Shown here: piece by piece, positions 12,706-24,687 of the stretch | Numbering within the stretch: position 1 is the stretch's first letter | Layout of the letters: every line of letters begins with the position of its first letter | DNA from: Felis catus | Taxonomy: Eukaryota | NCBI RefSeq assembly: GCF_018350175.1 | Contig: NC_058368.1 | Location: forward strand, 67,334,001 to 67,398,000 | Direction: 5' to 3' | Length of the DNA stretch: 64,000 bases | The notes under the pieces: model-generated | What the model was told of the DNA's origin: nothing | Databases searched by the model: none | Seen by the model: the letters and a program-made list of their open reading frames with translations, nothing else | Position numbers and translations under genes: made by a program

Positions 12706-13897
12706 TGCATATATTAAAAAAAGTGACAGAGAAGAATTGAGAAATTCTTCACAATGAATGAAAGTGTGAAACAGGGTTAACAACTAGCTTTACTATAGAG
12801 GACTGATTCATAGGTTTTAGACTTTACTTTGGCAAGATGTGACTCCTGAGAGTCACTGCAAGAACTTTAAATGGACAAATTTGAAAAAAAAATGGACAAA
12901 CTTTAAATGGACAAATAATAGCCCTCTAGTAAAGCCAGTGTCTTTGTTCCCCGATTTATGCGCAGGTTTATGGCCTCAGAAACTGAAAATACACGCTGAT
13001 CTTTATGTTTAACTCTTGAGACAGCAATGAAGGAATGAATGAGTTTATTCTTCAATTACGTGCAAAAGGTGGAAGTCCTTAATAAAACCCAAAACAACAC
13101 AGAGCGGTTTCCACTATGACAGAACCATCTGTCGATACAACAGACTCCCAGAACTGGGAGCTGGAAAGGACTTACCTGGAAAGTGTCTTAAATACATGTC
13201 CTATGTGTAGTGCGTTAGCACATGCAGGCCAGCTATGTGGCTGGAACATTCAAGATGGAAATCGCAACGACGGCTCCCATGGAGCCTGCTTCCCCCACAC
13301 GCTGCTGTCTTGAATTTAGGCCTGTGCCACACACCTGTGTACAATGACTTTCCGCATATCACGGAGCCAAAAAGAATTGCAGGATTTTAGGGCAAGGCCG
13401 ATTTCAAGCCCGGAACTGCAGTCACCCCTCCGTGACAGGCTGAACAGAGTCACGCAAACGAGTGTAGCACGAAAACCTTTAGAGTTCAGCAAGGCGAGGG
13501 CTGTGGCATGACCAGGCCGTGTCCTTTCAGGGCTTACAAAAGGTTTTTTCTGCTCTGCTTTTACAAGGTACTCTTGAAGCCAGGCTATTTGCCACAGGTA
13601 GGGCTGGGGAGCGAGGGGGGGGGGGGGGAGGGGAAGGGGTGGGGGTGGGACGCTACAGGTCGTCCACATCCGGCTGCCAGTCTGTCTAACAGGATAGCCG
13701 CTCTCCGAGTTCCCGGCCCCGAGACGCAGGAGCAGGGGGCGAGGGGAGCGCAGGCCAAGTTTTTCCCGACCGCGGGCGCCAGGTCAGCTGGCCCTAGAGA
13801 ACCCGAGCGGCGACAACAAGGGCACCCCGCGAGCCCTCTCCGCCCCCGAGGGCGCGTCCAGTCCTGGGGCCCGTGCGCGCCCCCTAGCGCCGGCCCG

Positions 13898-13952
13898 CGG
13901 GCGGGGCGGGGCGGGGCGGGGCCGGGCGGGCCGGGGGGCGGGGCCGCGGGGC
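13898..13952 (+). promoter_or_regulatory. Tandem GC boxes (GGGGCGGGGC; Sp/KLF-type sites)
   Basis: gcggggcggggcggggcggggccgggcgggccggggggcggggcc about 70-125 nt upstream of the ATG; no obvious TATA box. Confidence 0.7.
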
Positions 13953-14022
13953 CGAACGCGCGGGGGTCGCGGCGCCCAGTGGGAGCGCAAGCGCGAGCGC
14001 TAGCGCGGCTGCAGCGGGCAGC

Positions 14023-14242
14023 ATGGCGAGCACGGCCTCGGAGATCATCGCCTTTATGGTTTCCATCTCGGGCTGGGTGCTGGTGTCCTCCACGCTGCCC
14101 ACCGACTACTGGAAGGTGTCCACCATCGACGGCACGGTCATCACCACCGCCACCTATTGGGCCAACCTGTGGAAGACGTGCGTGACCGACTCCACGGGCG
14201 TCTCCAACTGCAAGGACTTCCCCTCTATGCTGGCGCTGGACG
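14023..14242 (+). CDS. CLDN10: Claudin-10b coding exon 1 (220 nt; TM1 + ECL1)
   Basis: Good Kozak (gcagcATGG); MASTASEIIAFMVSISGWVLVSSTLPTDYWKVSTIDGTVITTATYWANLWKTCVTDSTGVSNCKDFPSMLALD(G) carries the claudin W..LW..C..C signature; donor G|gtctgc at 14243. Confidence 0.97.
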
Positions 14243-16079
14243 GTCTGCATCCCCTCGGGCCCCCATCCCCTGCCCTCGCTCCTGTTCGGCCAGGCAGCCT
14301 GGCGCCCTCTTGGCCTCGCGACCCCAGGCGGCACCCCCGGGCCGGACCCCTCCGTGGCCGAGTCTCGCCTCCCACCCCCCCACCCCCCCAGAGCCTGAGG
14401 GAGCCGCGGAGAGCCCCCGTGCCCGTCGGTGCCGTACTGGGACGCGTGTCCCGCGGGGCGTCTGTCCGAGCCCGGCGCCCTGGGACTGGGGTGGGGTGGG
14501 CGACTCAGGCGTTGGGGGGTTGAGGGAAGCACCTTTGCAGTCCTGAGAGTCGAGGACACGGTTGTGGGACCCCCATCTCTCGGGGACTGTTAGGACACGG
14601 AGTGACGCTTGGCTCCTTCACCCAGCACTCCCCGAAAGAGCTGGATCCTGATTAAAATGGTATCGACTTGTCAAAGCTAATTCTGCTTGTCCTGAGCTCC
14701 CATTAACCGTTTTGTTAGTTCTTTTAAAAGTAGGCGAGAGAAAAAGTAACATGTTGCAGGGAGTGTCACTCCAAGCCCCCTCCCCCAAGAAAAAACAACC
14801 CTACGCTTCAACAAACGTGTCTGCCTGGGCTTTAATGCTTCCTCCAAGTTTTAGGAAAATAAATAGCCCTTGTCTGTGCCGCAGTGGGTAGAGAATCCTG
14901 GCTAGCAGGAGTCTTGTGCCAGAGACTGCCAAGTTCTGTGTCCATGCGTCCCGCGTCAGCTCTCCAGGTCACTCACCTGCTGTTCTTTTGTAGGTTGTTT
15001 TCTACATTGTTCTTGCTAGTTGGGCTCTATACTGTATTGAATTAGAGCAACAAGCGGATGTTCTAGAAAACTGGCTCTGTTTTAGTTTCAAGAGAACGGT
15101 AGATGTCAACCCAGGTACAATGATTGCTCAAGTTCTAGGCTGGTTTCTTCCAGGATTTTAGAGCACAGGACTAGATAGAGCCCAGCACAAAGTTAAGGAT
15201 AGTCATTTGCATTATCTCTAGATTTGAGGTGTTTCTTTTCTTTTTTTAACTTAAAAAAAATTATTCCACTGCAGGTTTTTATTTGCATAGCTGATTCAAT
15301 AAAAGACAAGAATTAATTCCCCTCAGATGGTGCTTGCCACGAAAAGCAAACTGTTGTTGCTCAGCGTGGTGGTATTTGATGGAACCCCCATATCCCGGGA
15401 ATATGTGCCTGATTTTGAATGGATGACACTCAGGTCTTCGTCCTCTTGTATAAAATAAGTATCTGGGTCACTGTTGATCCCCTAGAATTACTGTTGAGTT
15501 TCCTGTGCTCTGTAGAGCACGCATTCAGGTAGATGCTTTGAACAGGCAGGCCCTTGTTTCTGTGGTTTACGTTGAGAGTTTGGGATTGATGGTTACTGTC
15601 CAAAGTGCACTCTTACTGTAACTGCTGTACTGTATGCTAACCGTACTATATTGTTACCTGAGCTAGCTCACCAGATATGCCCACTTCCTTCTGTAGGACA
15701 GTTGGGGGAGGAGAGAGGGGAATGAGAAGTAAATGCTCCATGAAGAGCGTTGGGTGCAGAATAGAGAAGTTTTCACATTGTGTCTCTGATGTGGGAGTGG
15801 AGTTGGCATGGGGACTTGGGGGCGGGTGGGGTTGTGAGGAGGAAGGAGGGCAGAGCCCTCGGTTATGAGGCTGTGGAGGGAGTTGAGGAGGGAGAAGAGA
15901 AAGGAGTGACATTTATACACAACCCTGGTTGCAAAATGGCCTTTCGTGGGTGCTCGTGTGTCTAGAAAATGACTTAAAAAAAAAACAAAACCAAAACACA
16001 AATGTCTTCATACTCCCCCTTGTTGTACAATGTTCTAAAATTAATTAACGTATTTGTCCAAGTCAGTACATAGAGAAGT

Positions 16080-16760
16080 AACTCTAACAAGTGCGTGGTA
16101 TTCATACATCTGGACAGGCTGCTGTATTTAGCCGCTTTCTCACTGTTGGGCAATGGACCCTTTCCAGCTTTTCGCTGTTGTCAGTGCTATACTGAAAATC
16201 TTCATATTCGTCTCTCTGTGCACATGTATATTTCTGTGAAGTAGATACTGAGAAATGGTACCTGTCAGATTATTCATTTTAATGTTCAGTTTATACCTCC
16301 AAATTACATTCCACCACCAACGGGCGAGAATGCCTGTTTGTCCACATTCTCACCACAGAGTTTTTCATCCAGTATTGTGGGTGACATATTATCATGCTAT
16401 CATTTTTATTGGTATTTCCCTGGTTTTTACCAATGATTTTTACCATCTTATCCTGTATTTATTGACCTTTTTTTTCTCTTTCATGCATTGCCTGTTCATA
16501 TCTTATGCCCAGTCTGTTTTTTCCTCTTGATGTAAATGATTTGTTTTTTAAAATTCTGGGTGTCAATCCTCCTTGATTTTTTATTTATGTTGCAGTCTTG
16601 GCCCATTGCTTGTCTTTTAAACTTACGATGTCTTTTCTTACACAAAACTTTGAAATGTGTACTGTGATCAGATTTATCAGTTTCTTCTTGCCACCTCTGC
16701 TTTCTGTGGCTTAAGAAGGCATTGCCTATCCGAAAGTGATAAATCTTACTCTTCTGTGTC
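16080..16760 (-). mobile_element. Old L1 (L1M-type) fragment
   Basis: Antisense L1 motifs: acattccaccaccaacgggcgagaatgcctgtttgtccacattctcacca; boundaries approximate. Confidence 0.6.
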
Positions 16761-17379
16761 TCCCAGGAATAACATATTGAGGGATTTAATCACACCGCTA
16801 CATTTTCACCTAGAGAGTTGATTCCTCCTCCTACAAGGTGACCTTCCCAGAGCAGGCCTCTCGGCTTGTAAGCTGTCTGCTGCGTCCCTGGAGCAGCCAC
16901 ATCTGCTGGGTGCTGGTTCTGAGGCAGGTCCCACCGACATCACACTGCACATTGGACTTTCTGGCGCTGCTCTGAAGTGGCAGGAGAGGCTACGTTACTG
17001 TAGGCTGTGGTGACCACAGGCCTGAGCAAGCCAATCCTCCCCTTAAGCCAGGAAGAAGCTCTAAGTTCAAAAGAGAATGCAGAAAGGAGGGAGAAGGCCC
17101 AGGGCTCTCTCTCATCTAGCCTGAGGTGGGAGAAGGAACCTCTTGGGCGCAGATGATGGAGACATTATTCTGAATTTTCTGTACGAGGTCAAAGCTCTGA
17201 TCCCTCATCCTCAGGGGGGTATCATTGCAACCCCAGTTTTCCCTACAAGGAAAATGAGGCCGAGAAAAGCTAAATGTGTAGATTTGATTTTATGTCAAGA
17301 TCCCAACTCCAAGTTCTGCTTAGAATTAATCTTAGTATGATGGAAGGGAAGCTTTGATGAGATTCTTACAAATCACCAG

Positions 17380-17530
17380 GCACTCTGTTCATATTATTCA
17401 TCCTGTGAAGTAAGTGCTCTTATCCCTGTTTTACAGATGAGAAAACTGAGCCTCAGAGAGATAAGGTAATGTGATCAAGGACACACAGCAGGTAAATAGA
17501 AGAACCAGAGCTGAGATTCATAGTTTGTGC
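17380..17530 (-). mobile_element. MIR relic
   Basis: ttatccctgttttacagatgagaaaactgagcctcagagag core. Confidence 0.75.
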
Positions 17531-19822
17531 CTTCCTCCGATCCCACCCTTCTTTCAGAGGATTTGCAAAAAGTACACAAAGCTACTCGCGTAGGAAAAGG
17601 CCATTCTTTTCTCTCCCTTCTATCCAGCAACGGGCACATGTGCTACTAGGGAATTGTCTCCACCAAGTGGATATTTTCATTTTTGCTAGTTTGAAATGGA
17701 AAATGAGGTACACATCATTTGGAAAACGCTTAACTTTTAAGGGACGCCGTGAAGGTTTCCTCCAACAGAATTCGTTATTGTAAAGTCACTGTATTTTACT
17801 AATTGGAACTTTCACGGTTGAACGAGCTAGTGATTTCTGTTTATCGCCAGCTCATATTCCTTTCAAAGCACCACTTGAACTTCAGCTGAGAATCATTTTC
17901 AGCTAGGTTGTTTTTAGTATATGCCATCTATTTTTGTTCGTGGAAATGTTTGCTGTTTCTTCCAAGAGAGTTAACTATAAATTATACTTCAGAGAACTTC
18001 TGAGTAAATATGTTCATGCCTCAGCACTTTAATGTGTTAATTAGCTATTAAAGGTGTCAGTAAATTCAACCTGTCAAAAATAATGGCCTCCTTGACTAGG
18101 TTTTTACTACCACTCCACTTGCTGGTGTTACTTACAAGTTTTGCCCTCCGGAACTGTTAAAAGCAAGGTTGTAGAGGTCTGCCTTGCAAAAGATAAACTC
18201 TGAGTTTGTTGGAAGTCACCTAAGGCCTGAGTCTGTGGATGTTTTAAGGACTGGTGGCCCCTAATTTACACAACCAGGCTTACCAACAACTGGATTCCGT
18301 TTAGAGCTGGCAGTGGAGGGGGTGCGGTTTATCCCCAGGAACCCCAGTGTCTGCTCTTTGTTCCCTGTTTCAGAAAATCTAACCGATGATTGTGCATGCA
18401 GTAAGTTAGCATAGTTAGCCATGTTAGCGTAGTTAGCAAGTTACTGCTACCGTTCCAGGCTGGAGAGAGGTGCCTTTCCCTCCAAGTCAGGGTTCTGGTT
18501 GGCATGCAGGGAAGGACCCGACCACATCAGAAACGGTATTTCTCCTCTCATATTCATGCCAAGAAACCAGTCCTGCTGCAGGCACGGGGGCTGAGACAGG
18601 AGAACAGAGTGAGAACCTCAGAAAAAAAATACTATGAGTCATGGTTGAATAAAGTTTAAAGACTACTGTTATTTTCATATTAAGTCATATTAAGGATTGC
18701 ATGCACCGGCCTGAGGTTCATACCACTGTTTTCATCTGGGGAAACACATTTGAGTTCTAAATGATCAGAGTGTAGGCCTTAACCATTTGCCAGGCTCCTG
18801 CATTTCCTGTTCATAAAGACTACGATGACTCGAGTAAATGATAAACTTGTCTAGGCTAATTTTTTAAAACATGTGTCACAGAGGCTACGTCTACACACAT
18901 GCTGTTTTGTGTAGTGATTGCAGTGAGAATCCGCTAACATACCTCAAAACCATAGATTACTATAAGTCTCAGGAAGAAATGAAACCACACTGTCCCAGTA
19001 GTGGTTGTCTTGGTAGATGGTCTTTAATCTTATAGGGAACCAGCAGCCTTCCCCTCTGTGCTTCTGTCTGCTCCCTGGGTTCTGGCGAGGGGACTGAGAG
19101 TTGAAATTTTTAAAAAACCCGGGTCAGCAGAGACCCAGATAGCCCTACAGTACGATTATTGCTACTGAAATTAGCCTCCATTATCTTGTTGTGCTAAAAA
19201 TAAACTTGTTTTGCTGTTTTTGACAGCCTCACCTCCAGTGGAATTATTCCTGGAGGCTATTCACACTATAAAATAGAAGTTCGTTGTCTTTGCAGTCTGC
19301 ATTGGTGGAGGCTGAACTTTGTTGCAATTAAACAGAGTATCTTCTTTGTATTCTTCAAAATGGACTCTAGGAATAGTATTAACACTTTAAAATTTCATTC
19401 TTTCCCAAAGGAATGTGGGCTGGAGGCTACCTGCCAGGATTATTTCTTGAATTTACAATTACTGTAGTCTTAGAATTATTATTTATTGTGGGTTTTACCT
19501 GAACACTAACAATGAGTGACTTGCTGTCTTTATGAGGTGTTTTTTCAAATTAAAAAAATAATCCCACATGTGAACTTGATGTACATGCCCGTTCATTGGC
19601 TCCACGAACATCTGCTTGCTTATACCTAGGATCTGCCATCGCTACTCCAGATTGATACATGGCACTGTTTCCGGCTGAAAGGAAAATGACCTTCTGTGCT
19701 AAAAGTGTATTGGTTTAAATTCTATTGATTTAAAATTTGTTAGTGTCTGGACAAAAGCCACGTTGAAGTTTACCCCACCCTGGCTGTGCAAATAAGAATA
19801 GGTGATTAAGAAAATCGGTGGT

Positions 19823-20051
19823 GGGGCACTTGGGTGGCTCAGTCGGTTAAGTGTCTGACTTCGACTTGGGTTATGATCTCATGGTTGGTGAGTTTGAGCC
19901 CCACGTCAGGCTCTGTGCTGACAGCTCAGAGCCTGGAGCCTGCTTTGGATTCTGTGTCTCCCTTTCTCTGCCCCTTCCCTGCTCTCTCTCTCTCTCTCTC
20001 TGTCTGTCTCTCAAAAATAAACATTAAAAAAATTTTTTTAATTAAAAAAAA
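19823..20051 (+). mobile_element. SINEC
   Basis: Full length; aaaat.ggtggt on both flanks. Confidence 0.92.
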
Positions 20052-20384
20052 TGGGTGGTACCAAAAGATGATCAGACAACCCAATAGAACAAGGTTTTAG
20101 GGTGCTTAGAAAGCATCCACTTATATGCACCCAGTGAATTTCATAATTATGAAATATTCTTTTAGTAAACAACCACTGCTTTTTGAAACCTAGTTTTATT
20201 CCATGTGCCCTGAAAGTAATAATGTCATTAAAATACTTCTTGATTTAGACTCATCATTGGTTCCTGATGATATTCTAGTTGGTCTCATTTGTAAGCTTTC
20301 ACTGATATCAGAAACACCTGGCTGCCCAATTATAAATTTTATAATGTCAAAACCATTAAAGCATCTATTTAAAAGGTCGAATGT

Positions 20385-20597
20385 GGGACGCCTGGGTGGC
20401 TCAGTCAGTTAAGCGTCTGACATTGACTCAGGTCATGATCTCATGGTTCATGAGTTACAGCCCTGTGTTTGGGGCTCTGTGTGGACAGCTCAGAGCCTGG
20501 AGCTTACTTTGGATTCTGCGTCTCCCTCTTCTCTGCCCCTCCCCTGCTTGCTCTCTCTCTCTCAAAAATAAATAAACATTAGTAAAAAATGAATAAA
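20385..20597 (+). mobile_element. SINEC
   Basis: TSD aaaaggtc(g/c)aatgt. Confidence 0.92.
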
Positions 20598-20659
20598 AGG
20601 TCCAATGTACAAAGGAGTAGGAGGGTTGAGATGGTAGTGGATGGTATTTCTTACAGAGA

Positions 20660-20870
20660 GGGGTAGCATCGCATGGATTTTATAGTCAGAAGTGGATGGA
20701 ATCCGTTTCAGCCTCTTACTAATTCATCTCTGACATAGCCTATATATATAGCCTTTGGTGCCTCAGTGTCCTCCTCCGTGAATGTGGGAATAATAACACT
20801 CAAGGAATCTATCCTGAGGATTATGCATAGGCCAATCCTAAAAGTGGGTGACATAGAACAGGCACTCCAT
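20660..20870 (+). mobile_element. MIR relic
   Basis: tgcctcagtgtcctcctccgtgaatgtgggaataataac core. Confidence 0.55.
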
Positions 20871-21039
20871 ATAGATTAGCTTGCTTTCCCTTCTGGCTTC
20901 TCTTACTATGTGTTTTGACCACTATGGGTATTTGTTTTGGAGAACGGAACCCTCATTCAGAAGGATGGTACAAAATAAGGAGGATGTCTCCCTGGAAAGC
21001 CACGTGTTTTATGCTAACACAGATGACCTCTAATTGCAG

Positions 21040-21201
21040 GTTATATCCAGGCATGTAGAGGACTTATGATTGCCGCTGTCAGTCTGGGCTTTTTTGGTTC
21101 CATATTTGCCCTGTTTGGAATGAAGTGTACCAAAGTCGGAGGCTCAGATAAAGCCAAAGCTAAAATTGCTTGTTTGGCTGGAATTGTATTCATACTGTCA
21201 G
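21040..21201 (+). CDS. CLDN10: Claudin-10 coding exon 2 (162 nt)
   Basis: ttgcag|GT TAT ATC...CTG TCA G|gtaaat; GYIQACRGLMIAAVSLGFFGSIFALFGMKCTKVGGSDKAKAKIACLAGIVFILS(G); phases 1-1 consistent. Confidence 0.97.
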
Positions 21202-21289
21202 GTAAATAGTAACTTTCTCCCAAACGAGGTACTTCACGATGTTAATGAAATGACACTAACTGTGGTACTTTCCTTCTGATACGTTGCAG

Positions 21290-21371
21290 GGTTGTGCTCA
21301 ATGACCGGTTGTTCCCTCTATGCAAACAAAATCACAACGGAATTCTTTGATCCTCTCTATGTTGAGCAGAA
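21290..21371 (+). CDS. CLDN10: Claudin-10 coding exon 3 (82 nt)
   Basis: ttgcag|GG TTG TGC...GAG CAG AA|gtaagt; GLCSMTGCSLYANKITTEFFDPLYVEQ(K); follows an 88-nt intron. Confidence 0.97.
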
Positions 21372-21894
21372 GTAAGTCCTCTTCTTGGTCTGTATGTTTC
21401 TAGCTTCTAGGAAATGTATGAGAGTGACTCTTCTAAATTAAGATATGTAAATTCCTTACATGGCTCGTGAAAGTGAGACACACTGATAAATATTATTTGA
21501 TGACATCATTTCAAGAGTAAACATTTCATGTGCTACGTTGGCAAAAGATGCATTTAATTACTGCATTGGTGTCACATAGTGTCTTGTCTAAAAAGCTCAA
21601 GGCGTAGCATTTGAAATTCTGGACTTCATCCACTGTACGTCATTAAATTGGGGTGAAGTAGGGGACAAGTGGAAGAGAGGTGTAAGGTGGGGAGGAAAGG
21701 ATGATGATGTGAGACAACAAAAAACTGACAGCTTGCTTCAATTGTTGTCCACCCAGATTGACATTTGCCGGGTGCTGGTGTCTGAGCCGGTTTCCATCAT
21801 GGTTTCAAACACTGACATGGGAACATGCTCCTGAAGATTAGCAATCTGTTAATGACATTTAAATGAAGTATCATCTTTTCATGTTTAAAAAATA

Positions 21895-22089
21895 TTTATT
21901 CATCAATTTTGAGAGAGAGAGAGTGAGAGAGAGAGAGAACAAGTGGGGGAGGCAAAGAGAGGGAGGGAGAGAGAATATCTCAAGCAGGCTCTTTGCTGAT
22001 GCGGGGCTCGATCTCACAAACCAGGAGATCATGACCTGAGCTGGAATCAAGAGTCAGATGCTTGACTGACTGAGCCACCCAGGCGCCCC
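21895..22089 (-). mobile_element. SINEC
   Basis: (GA)n, ...gagccacccaggcgcccc; degenerate TSD tcat.ttttcat. Confidence 0.9.
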
Positions 22090-22181
22090 TCATTTTTTCA
22101 TTTTTAATTAGCCTTTTAAATTAACTCCTTAACAAGCTCCACTTAATAAAGCTTTATAAAGAAACTGTACATTATGCAGGG

Positions 22182-22431
22182 TTTTTATTTTATTTATTTA
22201 TTTAAATTTATTTATTTTATTTTTTTTTAACATTTATTTATTTTTGAGAGAGAGAGAGACAGAGCATGAACAGGGGAGGGTCAGAGAAAGAGGGAGACAC
22301 AGAATCTGAAACAGGCTCCAGGCTCTGAGCTGTCCGCACAGAGCCCGACGCAGGGCTCGAACCCAGGGACCGTGAGATCATGACCTGAGCCGAAGTCGGA
22401 CGCTTAACCGACTGAGCCACCCAGGCGCCCC
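22182..22431 (-). mobile_element. Young SINEC with (TTTA)n tail
   Basis: CpG-rich body; cagggttttt on both flanks. Confidence 0.93.
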
Positions 22432-23085
22432 TTCAGGGTTTTTAAAAAATGCCCTCGGAGTGGTACAGATACCACCCAGGTGTGACCGGTCTGGGTTGCA
22501 GGCAGTTGCTTTGGCGTTTACAGATCAGTTTGTTGTTGGTGGTTGTTTTTTTAAACTATGGGCAATTGCTTTTTATAGTTTCCCTAGGCTTATTTCTTTG
22601 CCTTGGGAAAACCCCAGGGATACCAAATTAGAAATAATGATATATGCAATATTTTGTCTTCCATGAAAATATCCCCACATACCTCTGTAGAAAGCCACAT
22701 CAGTATGTATGTGTATAGTTAACAACCAGTCTGGTGCTTCTCTTTCAGTCTTCAGATCAAATGTGACAGGATTTAAAAAACAGTTGCTAAAATAGCTGGT
22801 CAGGTGTGCATTACTTTTTTCTGGTGGATTTAAGTTTCTTCAGGGAATTGGTTTTTTAGTTCTGTCTTTGGTGTCTTTTATTTATAAATAATAAATGCTT
22901 ATATAATGAAAATAGCAGCTAACACATGTTGGGCCCCTCCCATGTACCAAGCAGAGCATTGCAAATATTATTCTGTTTTATTATTTTGTTTTATTTTTGG
23001 AACAGCCTTATAAAGTAGGTTCTCTTGGTACAACCTTTTTTTTTTTTTTTTTTTTCAAATGAGGAAAGAGGTCAATTAAAAAAAA

Positions 23086-23298
23086 TTTTTTTTTCAACGT
23101 TTATTTTATTTTTGGGACAGAGAGAAACAGAGCATGAACGGGGGAGGGTCAGAGAGAGAGGGAGACACAGAATCGGAAACAGGCTCCAGGCTCCGAGCCA
23201 TCAGCCCAGAGCCTGACGCGGGGCTCGGACTCACGGACCGCGAGATCGTGACCTGGCTGAAGTCAGACGCTTAACCAACTGCGCCACCCAGGCGCCCC
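23086..23298 (-). mobile_element. Young SINEC_Fc-type element with perfect TSD
   Basis: TSD aaagaggtcaattaa at 23065 and 23300. Confidence 0.95.
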
Positions 23299-23574
23299 AA
23301 AAGAGGTCAATTAATGTGTGCAATGGAACCTAAACTAAGCTAGGTACTGTCTGATTAGACTATGAGTCAGACCAGGAATGCTTGCTCTAAGACCCATGAT
23401 TTATAATACTCCGTTTCATGATTTTTGGTGACAGTATGCTATATATATTTTTTGCATGTTTTCAAAAACTATTTTAACTTTTGTTAAATGGGAAACAAAA
23501 ATGGCTGTTTGAGACACCAGTGTAATTTTTACTCACCTGCTTATGTTGGAAAAATGTGTTCTGATTTTTGAATT

Positions 23575-23693
23575 CTTAAGCCTCCAACTTCGGCTCAGGT
23601 CATCATCTCACTGTGAGTTCAAGCCCTGCGTCGGAGCCTGGGGCTGCTTCACATTCTGTGTCTCCCTCTCTCTCTGCCCCTCCCCTGCTCACG

Positions 23694-23727
<34 letters not shown>

Positions 23728-23762
23728 AATAAATAAAAATTAAAAAAAAAATAAAAAAAAGA
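23575..23762 (+). mobile_element. 5'-truncated, internally deleted SINEC
   Basis: cttcggctcaggtcat...(CT)n, A-tail. Confidence 0.85.
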
Positions 23763-24108
23763 AACACGTTAATGATATTTAAATGAACTAATAATTTTCA
23801 TTAAATGATACATTTTTATTTCAGGCTTTGGTATCCTAAAACTGGTTTATGTTATTAAAGACATTGCTGCCTTTTTCTGGATTATCTTTTCCACATTGCT
23901 GTCTTTATTTTCCTGACAATTATTAGGGATGTCTTCGTCAGAATCTTAAAAATCATTTTCATCATTCCTCAAAAGGTCAAGCAAGGCTAATTCATATATG
24001 CCCAGTAACTTGCGTCTGTCCTTTGTGTGACTTTTCTTCTGTGCTGTATGCTCAGTCGCCTAACTCAGTTTGGTGCCATTGGGATTTCTGATTTTCTTTC
24101 AGGTTTTG

Positions 24109-24208
24109 GTTAAACTCAGTTCAGTAAATATGGACTTGGAGGGGTTTTCCTCATCCCCGTTAAACTCAGTTCAGTAAATATGGACTTGGAGGGGTTTTCC
24201 TCATCCCC
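24109..24208. repeat. Perfect tandem duplication, 2 x 50 bp
   Basis: gttaaactcagttcagtaaatatggacttggaggggttttcctcatcccc at 24109-24158 and 24159-24208. Confidence 0.97.
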
Positions 24209-24482
24209 CCCTCATGTGCTGTCGGCACTCTGTTCTCGACTTCTGCCTGCTGTTTCCATATTCTCATCCTGAAATCAGGCTAAGAATAGAACTTTCTCAT
24301 AGACTTTATGTGGAAATTAAGAGAGTGTATATAGATGCTCAGAACTGATTAGAAAAGAGGAAATTGATTACTGTATTGTATTAGCTGTTAAGATTGATTT
24401 TTAATTGTATGTAGTGTTTAAGGTGTAGCTTATCTTTATAGATATTTTTATTAGCCTTTTCTGAAGTGACTTAAAAATATAA

Positions 24483-24687
24483 CACCTGGGTGCTCAGTCG
24501 GTTAAGTGTCCCACTTGATTTTTGTCTCAGGTCGTGATCTCATGTTTTGGGGTTCGGGCCCCATGACAGGCTCTGTGTCAATAGAGCCCAATGTGGTGCT
24601 TGATCTCATGACTGAGATCGTGACCCGAGCCAAAATCAAGAATTGGTTGCTTAACCGACTGAGTACCATCCTTTTATCAGGTGCCCC
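24483..24687. mobile_element. Foldback (self-inverted) SINEC
   Basis: Sense tRNA-like head joined to an antisense head ending caggtgcccc; no (CT)n tract or A-tail. Confidence 0.8.

Larger units (their letters stand above)
13600..14620. promoter_or_regulatory. CLDN10: CpG island / promoter of the CLDN10b first exon
   Basis: Very GC- and CpG-rich stretch spanning the ATG at 14023, in an otherwise CpG-depleted window; boundaries approximate. Confidence 0.9.

Noticed and set aside
1..13600. CLDN10a alternative first exon
   Set aside because: No second claudin N-terminal exon found here; it is expected much further upstream, outside the window
13508..14559. Long overlapping ORFs (225 aa +, 324 aa -, 129 aa +)
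   Set aside because: Pro/Gly/Arg/Ala-rich products typical of stop-poor CpG islands; only the claudin frame has a family signature
14994..15114. Acceptor-like tcttttgtag| and CAG|gtacaa enclosing 121 nt
   Set aside because: Weak donor, in-frame stop and no supporting evidence; typical pseudoexon
21014..21022. Upstream AG (ctaacacag) as an alternative acceptor for CLDN10 exon 2
   Set aside because: Only about 5 nt from the putative branch point and would add 17 nt (frameshift); probably bypassed
18398..24208. Short repeat arrays as possible CRISPR
   Set aside because: Mammalian DNA; no repeat-spacer array of appropriate size and no cas genes
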